A DNA stretch of 64,000 nt from Selaginella moellendorffii (Eukaryota; Plantae; Lycopodiophyta), in contig NW_003314302.1 of assembly GCF_000143415.4 (NCBI RefSeq), positions 142,065 to 206,064 on the forward strand, written 5' to 3'. Every line of letters begins with the position of its first letter. Position 1 is the first letter of the stretch. The notes below the pieces were generated by a model. That model did no database searches, had not been told where the DNA came from, and was given only the letters and a program-made list of their open reading frames with translations. The position numbers and the translations under genes are program-made. Of this stretch, positions 39,675 through 51,917 are shown piece by piece.

Positions 39675-39911
39675 CACTCCCACGTGTCATGTGTTGGTCC
39701 TTTTGGGTCCCTTTTTGGAGCCTCGCCTTTTGCTCGCTTCGTGCTCGTTCCTTGAGCACTTCGTTGGGAGTTCCACTCCCGCTCTTGACTTTTCAAGTCG
39801 GAGCTTTTGGTCCAAACGTGTTACGCTCGTTTGGCTCTCGCTTCGGCCACTACCATGTGGCGCCCTTCCGGCTCCACTTTGGGGCCTAGGGATTTTGTGT
39901 CTCACAGAGAC

Positions 39912-40900
39912 AAGCTTCCAAAAGTTAAAGTGCCATTACTACATTCTTGTAAGCTCTAGGTAATCAAACCATGCCTATTAAAGTTGAATGCACCTAAAAT
40001 ATATGTTAGTCAGGCATCAAGATTCAGGAGTGGAGAAGGCCACAAAGAGCACCTCCACTAACAAGTGTTGTTTTATTGGACACTATGGCATATATACATT
40101 AGAGTTGGATGGTTTTATTCTTGTGGATTTCATTTATTTATGAAGATTGGAAAGTTTCTTCTATGGTATATTTGTTTCTATTTAATCTTAGTGAAACTAG
40201 GATTCCTTTCTACCTTCTTCTATATTTGAGCATATGCTAGAAATGCAACTCAAATAACCACTCCAAACAAAATGCCAGAAATTGTAAGATACCTTTTCCC
40301 AAGGATAAGGTTTATCATATGAAATTGTTGTGTTTAATCCTAATTATCCTCAGTAAGAATGAAAAAACTCTAATATTATAAAGTTTCTATTGAGCAAGAA
40401 GCCCTTTACACAAACTATTCGTGGATAATGGTGTTACATTTATAACTAAGGCATTTCATATTTTAACATTTTGGTTGAGGTTATGCCACACTTTTAAGAG
40501 TGTTTATCATCCACAAATGGATGGTTTGGTGAAATAACTTATTCAAACCTTCAAAGGAATGATCACAAAGTACAAAGCATTCAAATTAAAATGGTTATTT
40601 ACCATATTTTTGGTATATATATGTCATAAGTGTGCAAAATTCTATTAGTGCTTCACCATATAAATTTTTATATAGTCATGATCCAATGGAGTTGTGTTTA
40701 CTTTCACAATTGCCATAAGTTGCTAATGCTAGGTCGTAGAATTAGTATTTGATGAGTATTTTTCCATTAATTTAAGTAAAAGTTACTAACCACTTAGGCT
40801 ATGTACAACTAAAACAACAACAACAACCATTTTGGATAGGAATGCTAAAATACCACTTAACTAAAGAGGAAGTATCTAACAACAATTGTAGATACACTAA
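39912..40900 (+). mobile_element. Old Gypsy element, integrase remnant (continuation of 27750-31983)
   Basis: Remnants LFVDNGVTF, SVYHPQMDGLVK*LIQTFKGMI, SASPYKFLY. Confidence 0.6.
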
Positions 40901-41049
40901 TAAAAGCATATCAACCTAACAAGTTAAGTAGTCAGAAATAATAATGATATACTCATTGCTAAAAGTTGACTATAGAAAAGACCCTATCAAATCAAAGATC
41001 AAGTCTAAGACTAAATCCACATACTAATACAAGTTGTGGGGTGAAACAT

Positions 41050-43200
41050 TTGGATCACTTGGACCTTCTCAAGGTGCACCTTAAACCCATCTTTGCCCAC
41101 CACATACTTTAGAAACTTTACCTCTTATTAAGTAAAGTTATATTTACTCTCTTTGTGTTCTTTTAGTTTCTCAAACAACTTTATTAAGTGTTTAGTATAT
41201 TCCTTTAGCATCTCACTATAGATCAAAATGTCGTTAATATAGACAACCACAAAGTGATCTAGATAGGGTATAAAAATATGGTTCATTAATGTTAAAAATG
41301 TTGCTAGTGTATTGCACAACCCAAAGAGCATCATTAGAAACTCAAAGCTTCTATACTTTATCTAACAAGTTGTCTTCTTGACATTTTCCTCTGCTACTCT
41401 GATTTGATAGTATCTTGAGATCAATTCTCAGTAAGTATTTCACATTTGTTAGCCTATTGAACAAGTCCTCAATCTTTGGTAAAAGGTATTTGTTCTTCCT
41501 TATATACTTGTTAAGTAACCGGTAGTTTATGCACATGTATATAGAGTTATCTTTCTTTTTCACAAATAACACCGGCACTGCATATAATGACTTGCTCAGC
41601 CTAATATACCCTTTATCCACCAACTCCTCAAATTAGCACTTGAGCTTTTTGAGTTTTTTTTTTTGTTTAACCAATAAGAGGGGTAAACTACTACTTTAGC
41701 ACCCTTAACCAACTCGATTTTATATTCTTTCAGTCAGATAGAGGGTAACCCCGCTAGTAATTCCTTTGGCATGGTATTTTAAATTAGTGTAACATCTACT
41801 AAATCACTAAAGGTACTTCCTTTATTCCTGTCTTTTTATCACTCCTTATTGAAAGTAAGCATATTGTTTTGGTTCCTTTAGTGAGTTATCTTTTCATAGA
41901 TATTAAGTTTAAGCAAAAGTCTTTAACCTTACATAGCCTTACCTTTAAATCTTGGGCCTTCACCATTATTCTTCTCAAGCATTCGTTAGTACCACCAGGT
42001 TCCTACTTTATCCATGCAAGGCTACCACAAACTAATAGAACCAATCCATCAAAAAGATCATGTCAAATCCTATTATGTTCAAAATAGTGAAATTTATATC
42101 CACTTTCCATGTCTTTAATTTAACTCTTGCTTATCAAAGTACCTCATTAGTGTTTTGGCTACCTTAAACAAATTTTATAGTCCTTGGTTCACCCAATTGC
42201 TACACTATTAATTTGACTTACTATATGTTTACAACCATAAAATTATCCAAAACACATGAGTCAATAAAGATCTTAACAATGATACTTTTGAGCTTCCCTT
42301 AAAGGGTTAGTAGATGTTGCAAATGACTCTCTACTAAAGTTGTTTATGTAATAAATAACTTTGAGCTAGGGATTGGATCATGTACCTCAATTTAAACTTT
42401 ACTTAACTTAATGGCCATATTGACTTTGGCCTTCTTTAGGTAGGGATATTGTTTTAATAAGTGTCCTGTTTCACCACAATTGTAGCATACATTGTTTTTC
42501 ACGCTATTAACAAATTTAGTTTTCTTATCAATGAGTTTGTCCCTTTTTGCTTGACTCCCCCACATACTTGCTCTTTGGCTACTAAATTTGCTTTTCCGAA
42601 ACCCTAAGAACTCATTTTTAGATAAACTCTTTCTAAATTTCTCCCTTTTGGTTTGACTCCTTTGCTAAACATTATTGTGTTCTTTTTTTGCAAGTTATCA
42701 TTGAAATGCACTTTAATAACTACATCTAATATTCTTTGTAGTTATTTGAGTTCCAATGCATCACCTCGCCTCTAAGCCCAGATTTGTAAGCCTGATATGA
42801 AGGCATGGAACATGCCTATATCACCTATATTTGTAACAAAAATCCTTTTGGCAATAAATACATTCATATATTATTAAATGGTTTTTGACTACTTTAGCCA
42901 ACTCAACTCATCCTTTAAATACAAAATAGCATTTAAAAGAATATAAGGTGCATAAATCCTTATTTTCATCATTTCTCAAGTGACCACCACTCCTTCGTTA
43001 GCTTTTATTGTTCTCCAAAACTTAACATTATTTGTTAAGTATAGTTTTGCATATAAAACATTTTCCAAGCTCGATAACCACAACATTTAAAATTAATTTT
43101 CCATATCATAAAACCAATCCTTTTGTCACCCCCATTACTCACCATGGCATTAGGGTTCTTCAGCTTCTTGTTTATTAACCATACCATTGACTCATATGCC
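41050..43200 (-). mobile_element. Second degenerate Ty3/Gypsy gag-PR-RT fragment
   Basis: DKGYIRLSKSLYAVPVLFVKKKD, NKYLLPKIEDLF, MLFGLCN, VVVYINDILIYS; zinc-knuckle remnant CYNCGETGH near 42460-42490. Confidence 0.9.
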
Positions 43201-43554
43201 ACATATCCTCTAGCACAATCAGTAAAATGGAAAGATTGCTACAATGGTTAATCCATCTGACTGAAATCCCTTAGAGCTCCTTGCATAGCAATCACCCGAG
43301 GCAAGCTTACATCTTCTTCAGGGGAAGAAAGCTTTCCACTCTGTGAAGTTCAGATCAAGCCTCCTCCAATTCACCTGACAGACAGGAAATTAGAGTCTCA
43401 GAAACGAGAGTTTATCATTATCCTTGTCATGCCATCCCCAGGAATTTGTTCTTCCACGTACTTGATCATGATCCTGGAGCTTAAACCATGTCTCTGCCCA
43501 AATGGTGTCATTTCGTGCGGACAGATTTAACGGAGTCAAAGGCAGCAGCGTGGC

Positions 43555-44190
43555 CTCTTGTTTCCTGAGAGCTGGAATTACTGGACGAGTGCATTTGCCA
43601 GATCTTTGGATCCCAAACCTTGTTCGCTACAAGGTTGTATGCGAAGCCTGAAGGACAGGCCTGGTGTGTGGCTATCTTGTCCCCAACTCCCTGACTCCCC
43701 GTTACTGGGTTGGGAATCTGATCACCGGGAATGGTGTCTCCTCCCCAACCTTCCGGTGGACGAGGTCACAAGGAAAGAGGGGAAGCTGCTTGTCCATGCA
43801 TGTTAGATGATCTACTTTAGCAGCGTCGATGATTCCCCGACCTCGGCCAATTGCTTGGATCCGAGGTCAATCTGGAATCTCAGGTTGTTGTCCAACTCCA
43901 GAGCTGCTGTTGGGATTCAAACACTTCAGAAAAAATTTCAAGTGACATTTCCTGATTCCTGCTACAATCGTTTTAGGCTGACCATCTGTCAAACGCTGCT
44001 GGCAAGAAGAGGCACCTGTGAAGCTGGTGGGGTTTCCTTGTACCGTCATAGCAACCGTCACGTAAAGAAGATCAACCTGATCATCGCCTCTCAGTCGATG
44101 CAAACATACTAGATCCGACCCACATCTGCAGCGGGATCATCAATGCTCTTCTCGCTTGTAAACTCGCAGCGCTGCCACTCCATACTGAGC
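43555..44190. pseudogene. Rearranged fragments of the F-box gene at 50485-51565
   Basis: 43555-43800 matches 51120-51530 in the opposite orientation; about 44030-44190 matches about 50880-51067 in the same orientation. Confidence 0.7.
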
Positions 44191-44879
44191 GAATTGAAAA
44201 GCCAGTTGCTCGAATTGGAGCATTCCAACCGCCTCGTTGCAACTTGATTGCGATCCACCCTGTGAAAAGAACAAAACAGACCATTTCTAGGATAAGAAAT
44301 TCGATGGCAGTTTCCAAGTTCTGTGCATCGTCTGTGCTTTAATACCCAGCAGAAACATTCAAGCTTGTCAATCCAACTTGTCCTTGACTACCATATTATT
44401 ATTATAGCCACAAAAGATTTAAATTTAATGTAATTTTACAGTTCCAGCATGACCAAATACAAATACTACCTTTAAGGGATTGGAAATGATCAGAAGAAAC
44501 TCAAACGATTGGAAGTGAATGTCGTCTAGAGTGAGACTACATCATTTGCTCCAGCTTGTCTTGTAGAAGAAACTTCTAGGGACCAAGCAAGGCCTGTCCA
44601 AGTCAACAAATAAATATGTTTTTGAGAACTCCTAGCTTTGTCCCGGACCCTACGGCCGAGGTGAAAGCTCTCAAGACCAAAAGTTTCAACCATGGCTCTG
44701 CCTGGAAGAACTCAAACTGTGAGATTGTACATAGCTTTCACAAAGGGTGTTTTAAAGGTGGGCGAAGCAAACTCAGGAGACAACTCAGTGACCATATAGA
44801 GGTGGATAGGGAGGAACACCAAGGAGAGGAAGAGAGAACACCTGAGCCCTGTTTGATTCTGTCAGTTGGATGCTTCCAC

Positions 44880-45130
44880 CCCGGGAGCAAAATATTTGCT
44901 CATGCTCTTGTGTCTTTCTTCTCAAACTCCAAGTGGATTCTCCTTTGATCCGCACACCACACCCCATTGATAGTATAGCCCATTTGCATCCTCATCTTCC
45001 AGACGTGAAATCTGGCACTGCTGAATCGCTCCACCCTTGCTCATTTTGCATCAGGGGAAATCTTTCCCTCAGGAACTTCGATCTGGGAGGATTTTGAGTT
45101 GTCAGCAACGTGTCCACGCTGGATTTCTCC
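44880..45130 (-). pseudogene. Third, CpG-decayed copy of the gag-domain gene
   Basis: catttgcatcctcatcttccagacgtgaaatctgg and ggagcaaaatatttgctc match the reverse complement of about 5560-5910. Confidence 0.75.
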
Positions 45131-46296
45131 CTGTGAAGAAGGATAAGGTATATGTATATATACAGTGACATGGGCATGTTGTCTTATATGAGAATTGGTG
45201 CCCCACCAGATATCTATCTATTTATCGTTGTGCCCATTAATAAAAGAAGCATGAGAAAACAAGTTTGTTGTGGGGTCTTCTCACTCCCTCATGTCCATGC
45301 CCTCTATGGTCCTCGGTCCTCTCCTCCTTTTCTCACTTCCCTTGCATCCACCAGCTTTGTGCCCCCAGGCCTCACTTTTGCTCTTTTCTACCTCAGTAGG
45401 AAACAAGAGATTGATGGATGCAAAAACACTATTTAATGTTTTGAATACAGATGTTAACTTTATTTTATAGATATTATTAGGTTTTATAATAGATTGATGA
45501 ATCGCTTCATTGCAAGGCAGGTTACCATTTTGGAACGTTTTCAAGGTAAAGCTATGCTCAAGGTCGTCGAATCTTACTTTTGGAGAATTGCAAAGCAGGT
45601 GAGGAAGAAGATGGATGCGAGATGCTAGCAGTTTCTTGATAGTTGAGATTGTTGTGGGTGGTAGGAGTAATGAAAAGAAAAAGAAGTGAATAGAAGATAT
45701 GAATTACAATATAAAAAAATAGTTAAAATGGATAATGCATTATCAGATGAAAAAGTAAAAGCTAAACCTAGTATATGAACCACAGCCAATATAAATTTTG
45801 TTATTATTATTAATTAACATATTAATTCTAGAATCTATGTCACCATGGAAAAGTATTCTTCAATTCCTAATGACTGTTTCTAATACATTTAGATATGTAT
45901 CAAAACATAACTCATGGACACTTTCCCTCTATTCATGGGCCCTACTTTTTATATTTGAACTTTAATAATTTTTTTCTCAAATGTTCCCTTTTGTTTTGCT
46001 TACATTAATAAAGAAGATGATCTTGCATTTTTTATTGTGGGGAATTACAAAATAATGGAACACTTTCAAAATGGATTTAAAAAAAATAAGTTTTCTAAAT
46101 AATTATAGTTTTAATTTATTTTATAATATTATTCAAGCCCTCCAACTTGCAGAGAACAACTCCATCAACTACAAGTTTATAATTCTTGAAGTAAGCATGT
46201 AAATTAATAAGAAATAATTCAATAGATATTTGAAAGACATATTTTACAATAGGATGTCATTAGAGACACAATTGCTGACAACAAGAAAAAATAGAA

Positions 46297-49200
46297 TCTA
46301 CTACTATAAGGAGAAAATGCCGAACTTTGTGGGCCACCAGATCTAGCCAATCGAGGCTGTCCGATGGGGGGGTAACTGAAAAAGGGTTATTTCTTTAACC
46401 ATGTGTTAGCAAATAATCGCGCTGATGTTTGCTCCCGCCCAATGGGAGGCGGCCAAGCCATGTGTGGCAAGAGAGGAAGGCCCAGCGACACGTGTCAAGT
46501 GAATTGGTTTTGTTTTGTATGTTTCTAGGGTTTATGAGACGGCAAGAGAGCCCCTTCCACTGCTGCCAATTCGCGATCCAAATCGGAGGCGCTGTGTCAA
46601 CACTGGTGTCTTTGCTCTTGAGAACCCCATTGCAAGTTGTAATTTGTCATTCTTCTTTCATAACTTTGGCATTCTCATACACGATGTGTCTCCACTTTTG
46701 GCTCTTCATTGCGTTAATGTGAGGAGTTCCATCAAATCAAGGTATTTGTGGTGCATAGAATTTGTATGATCTTCATTCTTACTCCACTGTCAGGAAATGG
46801 GACGAGGCGATTTAAGCTCTTAAACACTTTGAAGCACATTCACTCGGCACAACCTTGCTCACCTGGACGTGAAGCCTGACAACATCTACATCTGCAATCG
46901 CATCTATAAGATTCGCTCCGAGACCGTGCTGCCGAGGTAGAGGCTGTGGAGGCTGTGACAACCACAAAGTTACTACTGCTCGACAAGCAAGACAGGAAGC
47001 TAAACAGCACCACTTCCACAACCAACCTCAATGGAGTTCACGTTAGCTTGGACTCCCCCGAGGTTCCTGGAACTCCACAAATCATGAAGCATAACAACAG
47101 TGGCGGTAGCAGTAGTGGCAGCTGGGATGAATGAAGCCGTGCTAACACTAGAAGGTTGGATTTTTTTTTGTTTGGATCTTCTCTGGCACTAAGTTTTTGA
47201 AATGATCGAGCAGATATGCAGCAGTTCCAGTCGAGCAATCCCTTCGGATTCATCATAGACATGCTGGAGGGTGAAGGTGGCGATGAGAGTGAAGCTCTTC
47301 ATCCACTTCCCAATGATGCTTATGTCACAGTCATATGATAGAACTTGATTACTCACTTATTATGCTTATCGTTTGTCCACAAGATATTCAACATTATCAA
47401 CCTCTACAGTTACATATGACCAAATCTTATATGCTGGAAAACTCACCCAACAATATATTGTAGATGCATATGTTAAAATTGAAAGCAACAATTTACAATA
47501 CTATAGATCTAATCAAAAAAATATGAGATTTGATTTTTATACAGGTTTGATGGATTATGTTGCTGGCAAAGCTGCTGATGCAAATGCTCGACCAGGAAAA
47601 ATTGTTATTTTACCTTCTACTTTTACAAAAAGCCCAAGAGCTATGCAACAAAATTACTAAGATGCTATGAACAAAATACTCAAAACCTGATATTTTCATA
47701 ACTTTTACTTGCAACCCTAAATGACCTGAGATATTACAAAATCTGCACCCTAATGAAGGACTTGAAGATCGACTTCATTTAGTTGCTAGGGTTTTTAACA
47801 TGAAGCTAAAATATTTTCTCCATGATATTATACAAAATAATATCTTTGAAAGATGTATTGCATTTATATATATCATTGAGTTCCAAAAAAGAGGTTTACC
47901 ACATTGTCATTTCACCATTATATTAGAAACTTGAATGCTGAACAATTAGCTATATTCAATGAAATTGTTAATATTGTTGAGTGCCCGATTGATACCAACC
48001 ATTTTATTTTTATTGATGGCCCTGGTGGTACTAGCAAAACATATTTATTAAATATAATAATAAAATATTTTGAGTTCTACAATAAAAAAAGTGGTTTGTA
48101 TGGCATGGACGGGCATTGCAAACACACTACTACACAATGGACAAACATCCTATACAACCTTTAAGTTACCAGTTCCAATTAATGATACATCAATTTCTAA
48201 TTTAACACCTAATAACAATGCCAGTAGATCTATGAAAGCAATACAAGTGCTTATTTGGGATGAAATTAGTATACACTCACATTTTCAGCTGTCAACCGTT
48301 GTCTACGAGACTTGAAACAAAATAATTCTCTATTCGGTGGCATTGTTATTGTTACAAATGGTGACTTCCATCAAACATTACCAATTATCCCATACAGTTA
48401 TTGAGCATAGATTGTTTCCATATCTGTAAGAATGAATAGTCTATGGAATCTATTTAGAAAGTTTCAATTGCAAGCAAGAAGCCCCAAGTTCCCAGACTAG
48501 GCAGAATGGCTATTGAAAGTTGGTGATGGAAATAATTACACACAAAACCCTATTTTACCACTTGATTCTATCTTTCTTCCTTCAGAACTAATTAAAAATA
48601 CCTCTATTACTGATTTCATATTGCCATGTATCGAAGATATTTCAAATGTTCAAATTGCAGTAAATAGAGCCATTTTAACACCTCTCAATGATGATATATT
48701 TCCAATTAACAACAACATCATCTCTCAATTACTAAGTCCACCTCAAATTTATATTAGTATTGATGTTGAACATTTTGAAGATTTCCTAATTGAATTTCTA
48801 AACTTTATCACTCCCTTTGGACTACTACCACACAAATTGATACTAAAAGAAGGTTGTATAGTTATTCTTCTAAGAAATATGTCTCCAACAATTGGATTAT
48901 GCAATGGAACTTAACTAATGGTCAAAAGAACTTCACCTAAAGTTTTAGACTGTGAAATAATTACAGGTGAATTTAAAGGTACTAGAACTTTTATCCCACA
49001 GATTAACTTAACACCCTCTGATTCAAATGTTCCATTCCATATGTCTCGAAAACAATTTCCTCTTCGTCTTGGATATTACTTAACAATTTCAAAATGCCAA
49101 GGTCAAACATTTGGTCATGTAGGCATCTACTTACCCTAGCCAGTCTTTATCCATGGGTAGCTCTATGTTGCATTTTCAAGATGCATATCACCACAACAAC

Positions 49201-49507
49201 TTGTAATTTGAGTTGACACAACTCATACACAAAGCCGTTTAATTCCATTCAATTCATCAATATTCACCATCAATACTGTATATAAAGAAGTTTTATATTA
49301 ACTAACTCCTATCCTACTACACTTTAAAACATAAAAACAAACTATAATAAACTTTATTTATTTTTTAACTTTCCCTATAGGCAATGGACCAGTGCTAAAA
49401 ATGAAGGAATCATCTCACAAAGAAATTGTGAGATGTGAGAAAATTCTGTCACAAAGATATGTTAGTAAGCTTGAGAGGCTTTGGCAACTACCCAGCATTG
49501 CTACTAG
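46297..49507 (+). mobile_element. Defective Helitron (Rep + PIF1 helicase)
   Basis: 5' A|TCTACTACTATAAG and 3' CTAG|T. Rep motifs QQYIVDAY, ILPSTF..SPRAMQQNY, PDIFITFTCNP, EFQKRGLPHCH; helicase FIDGPGGT.KTYL, IWDEIS, LLRNMSP..GLCNGT, QFPLRL...TISKCQGQT. Many stops. Confidence 0.9.
46829..46913 (+). pseudogene. Captured WEE1-like kinase catalytic-loop fragment inside the Helitron
   Basis: LKHIHS/NLAHLDVKPDNIYICNRIYKI matches the plant WEE1 motif AHLDVKPDNIYI. Confidence 0.7.
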
Positions 49508-50484
49508 TATAGAAATATGCATATTCCAAAACCATAGGTTATATACAAACATAAGTGGTCTATATTAAAACCAACCAATTTCAATTATTCCCTCTTCAAA
49601 ATGCCATATTTAAATTACTGTTTACTTCAACTTGTGATGGCACCAAGGCATGCCATGCAGGACTGGTACTGGTTTGAGGTGACGGAGTGCCACATTGTGG
49701 TGGGCACATCTAATGGCGCTAAGGCATGCCATGTAGGACCAGTTAAATTGCTGTTAGAGGTACCACGCAGAAGGCAGCCCTAGTTATCTGGCCGGGGGGC
49801 ATGAGAAGGTGATGGAGGTGGACATGGAGGCTGTGTGTGCTCAAGGCGAGGGGAATACGATGAGAAAGCGGGTCAAGATGACAATGCACCTTTATCATGG
49901 CCCAAACAACATTCGAGTTGTTCACACAAAGGAAGAAAGCGGGGACATACATGATAACGAAGAAAGCTGGGCCGTTGTTTCGGGGATGTTCAACAGCAAA
50001 GTTAATTGTGGTGTGATGTGCAAATTTATGTCTAATTTGTTTCACATTAGGTGTTCAGTGGTCCTTGGTGAGTGGGGCTCCTATAGCAATTGTCAGTGCA
50101 TGCGATCACTTAGCTGTCAAAGGTCTTCTAAGAGTTCTTTTCACAGTCAGGAGAGGTAAAATTGATTTATTTTTTACTTTATTACTCAGGACTCTTGCTG
50201 TGCTTTATCAGTTTCAGATTGCTAGTCCAAGATGCAAACGCTTATGTTATAATAATATTTGTTTTCTACTTATTTTTTCTAATAATTGTTAGGTGCCTAC
50301 TACCATAAAGCGTGCTCGATCCTTCATCTCTATAAGAATAATCCACCATGCTTCTTCAAATGGCTGAAGAGTTCGCCAATTCAAACGGCCCTTCTGGGAA
50401 TTTTTATTTTATTTTTTTCCTCCCTTCTTGCCATCCAGGCCTGCGAGGCATCAAAGAAGAGATGCATGGAGAAATGGAGGCCGA

Positions 50485-51565
50485 TCAAAAATTATTATAT
50501 AGAGCACGTTTGAAAAATAAATCTGGCGTGAGCATGAAGGCCGTCTTATAGTTATACTTGCTGCAGTTACTCCATAAATTATTCTTGAAGAAGAAGGCCA
50601 TCGGTGGCGAGAGTGATAACATACTTGGTCGCATAACAACGGAATGCTTGACAACAAAATACTCAAACTCAACAGAGCCATTCTTCACCAAGTCACCCAT
50701 GTAAACCTCACTCAAAAGTTTCCAATCTGATGTCTCCCTGTTGAGTTCCCATGCAGCAGCAGACACCTTATAACCACCACTTATAGTCGACGAAACAAGA
50801 ATCCACCTCCCATTGTAATCTACAATACAAGGCAGGCCACAAGAGAAAAGAGTGCTTGGAAACTTCACCTTGGCCCTGTCATAGCAACCTGAAACCTGAT
50901 CAAACACAGCCACGTAAAGAAGATCAACTCGACCACCAGTGATCTTTAGCGAATGTCTGTTAGGTAATGCAAACATACTAGATCCGAGCCATAGTCCCTT
51001 GTCATCCACACCGAGATCATCAATGCTCTTCTTGCTTGTAAACTGGCAGCGCCGCCACTCCCTACTGATCAAATTCTGCAGGGAGAAACACCAGGACCTT
51101 GAAGTACCCTGTGCATGGATCCACAAGCACCTCTTTCCTTGTGACCTCGTTCACTGGGAGCTCGGGGAGGAGTTCCCAGTGATCGGATTCCCAACCATGT
51201 AATAGGGAGTGGTGTCTCTGGAGATTCACAAAATAGCCACACACAAGGCCGCAGGAGTCGGCAAATATCCTAAACCTGCAACGTCCTCTATTCTTCAAAA
51301 TGGCGAGCCCTGTGGGGAGAATTACTAGTGGCCAAGATACGACAGGGAACGGAACTATTGCCTACAAACCATGACTCATGCAACCGCGGCAAGCTTCTCC
51401 AGCGAGTTCGATGAGTGACTTCCAGCGCTTGCATACAACCTTGCAGCGGACAAGGTCTGGAATGGGGAGCCACGCCAAGATCCGGCAAACGCACTCGTCA
51501 GGTAGCTCGTCACACTCGAAACTCTCAGGAAACAAAAAGGCGAGGCAAACGCGCAGCCCAGCCAC
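50485..51565 (-). pseudogene. F-box protein, disrupted
   Basis: F-box ELPDECVCRILAWLPIPDLVRCKVVCKRWKSLI, then a stop at 51362, DSCGLVC, and a frameshift near 51090. Confidence 0.8.
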
Positions 51566-51917
51566 GAAGCAAAAAAAAAAGGCTTTTCCCTTTCCTCGTT
51601 AAATAGAAACAGTATGGCTTAGGCCTTATCAACTTAATATTAATAAAAAGTATATGTTAATGTAATTGGTTGGATTTATGTAGTTGTTTCTGCTTAGAGA
51701 GTACCTGCTTGCACATGAGGTGTTTTTTTTTTGTTAGCTGATTGTTGTACAAACCAAAGTGATTCTCCGGATCAGATTCAGCCCAAAGAGCAGTAGTATA
51801 ACCTTCAATCGTAAAAGGTTTTATGCGACTGTAAAGCGCTGACGTCAGGTTCGACCCTTTAGAGAGAGCTTTAATGAAACAGGGCCATTTAGGGTTTGGA
51901 GGGAGAAAGAAAGCGCC

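Larger units (their letters stand above)
31984..39906 (-). mobile_element. Young non-autonomous Gypsy-type LTR retrotransposon
   Basis: Two 1930-bp TG..CA LTRs (31984-33913, 37977-39906); 5-bp TSD GAGAC (31979-31983 and 39907-39911); PBS TGGTATCGGAGCT (minus strand, 37961-37973); PPT at about 33914-33927. The 4-kb interior has no long ORF. Confidence 0.95.

Noticed and set aside
49600-50160. Short ORFs right of the Helitron
   Set aside because: No recognisable domain; cannot support a call.
51825-51860. tRNA-like remnant gactgtaaa...caggttcgaccc
   Set aside because: No acceptor or D stem can be formed.
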